Below are positions 63,914 through 64,000 of a DNA stretch of 64,000 nucleotides, one piece after another (the stretch's first letter is position 1; each line of letters opens with the position of its first letter). The position numbers and the translations under genes were made by a program. The DNA lies in NCBI GenBank assembly GCA_038145175.1, contig JAYQPE010000006.1, forward strand, positions 2,346 to 66,345, in the 5' to 3' direction. Under the pieces are notes generated by a model. That model did no database searches, was not told where the DNA came from, and saw only the letters and a program-made list of their open reading frames with translations. Source of the stretch: Actinomycetes bacterium (GTDB taxonomy: Bacteria > Actinomycetota > Actinomycetes > S36-B12 > UBA5976).

Positions 63914-64000
63914 ATTCACCATGTTTATACCATTTGGCATATTCAGGTTCTAATGGTTTTTTGTTTAGAATTAAATCTGCAGCTTTTTCTGCCACCATCA
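63906..64000 (-). CDS. C-terminal fragment of a GMC oxidoreductase (choline dehydrogenase BetA-like), cut by the window edge
   Basis: Reverse frame reads [30 protein letters not shown]; M.AEKAAD.I is the GMC C-terminal motif. Confidence 0.72.
   Translation of the reverse strand, partial: MVAEKAADLILNKKPLEPEYAKWYKHGESN

Overview
Core-genome segment of a compact, AT-rich actinobacterium. Gene order follows the conserved actinobacterial blocks: ssbB-ettA-glbO-pepN-rpiB-tig-clpP1P2-clpX-valS/folC-ndk-mreBCD-pbp2-rodA-rne-rplU-rpmA-obgE-proBA-nadD-rsfS-leuS-comEA/EC-holA-rpsT-lepA-hemW-hrcA-dnaJ-phoH-era-recO-uppS-zur-glyQS-dgt-dnaG. The style resembles streamlined aquatic lineages such as Nanopelagicales (inference). 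There are about 66 CDS and 4 tRNAs. I saw no mobile elements, CRISPR arrays or rRNA. The most interesting signal is a TPP-like riboswitch at 33808-33907 that keeps the pyrimidine-sensing arm but has lost the J4/5-J5/4 pyrophosphate pocket. It sits in front of a PnuC-family transporter and an uncharacterised P-loop kinase, suggesting a free-thiamine-sensing uptake and trapping module. Other points: an apparent ATT start for trigger factor, an unlisted 43-aa membrane protein, a highly structured RNase E leader, ClgR-like boxes at both clpP1 and clpX, a Zur-boxed ZIP-zur unit where znuACB usually lies, and many apparently leaderless genes. All calls are by eye; no database searches were run.
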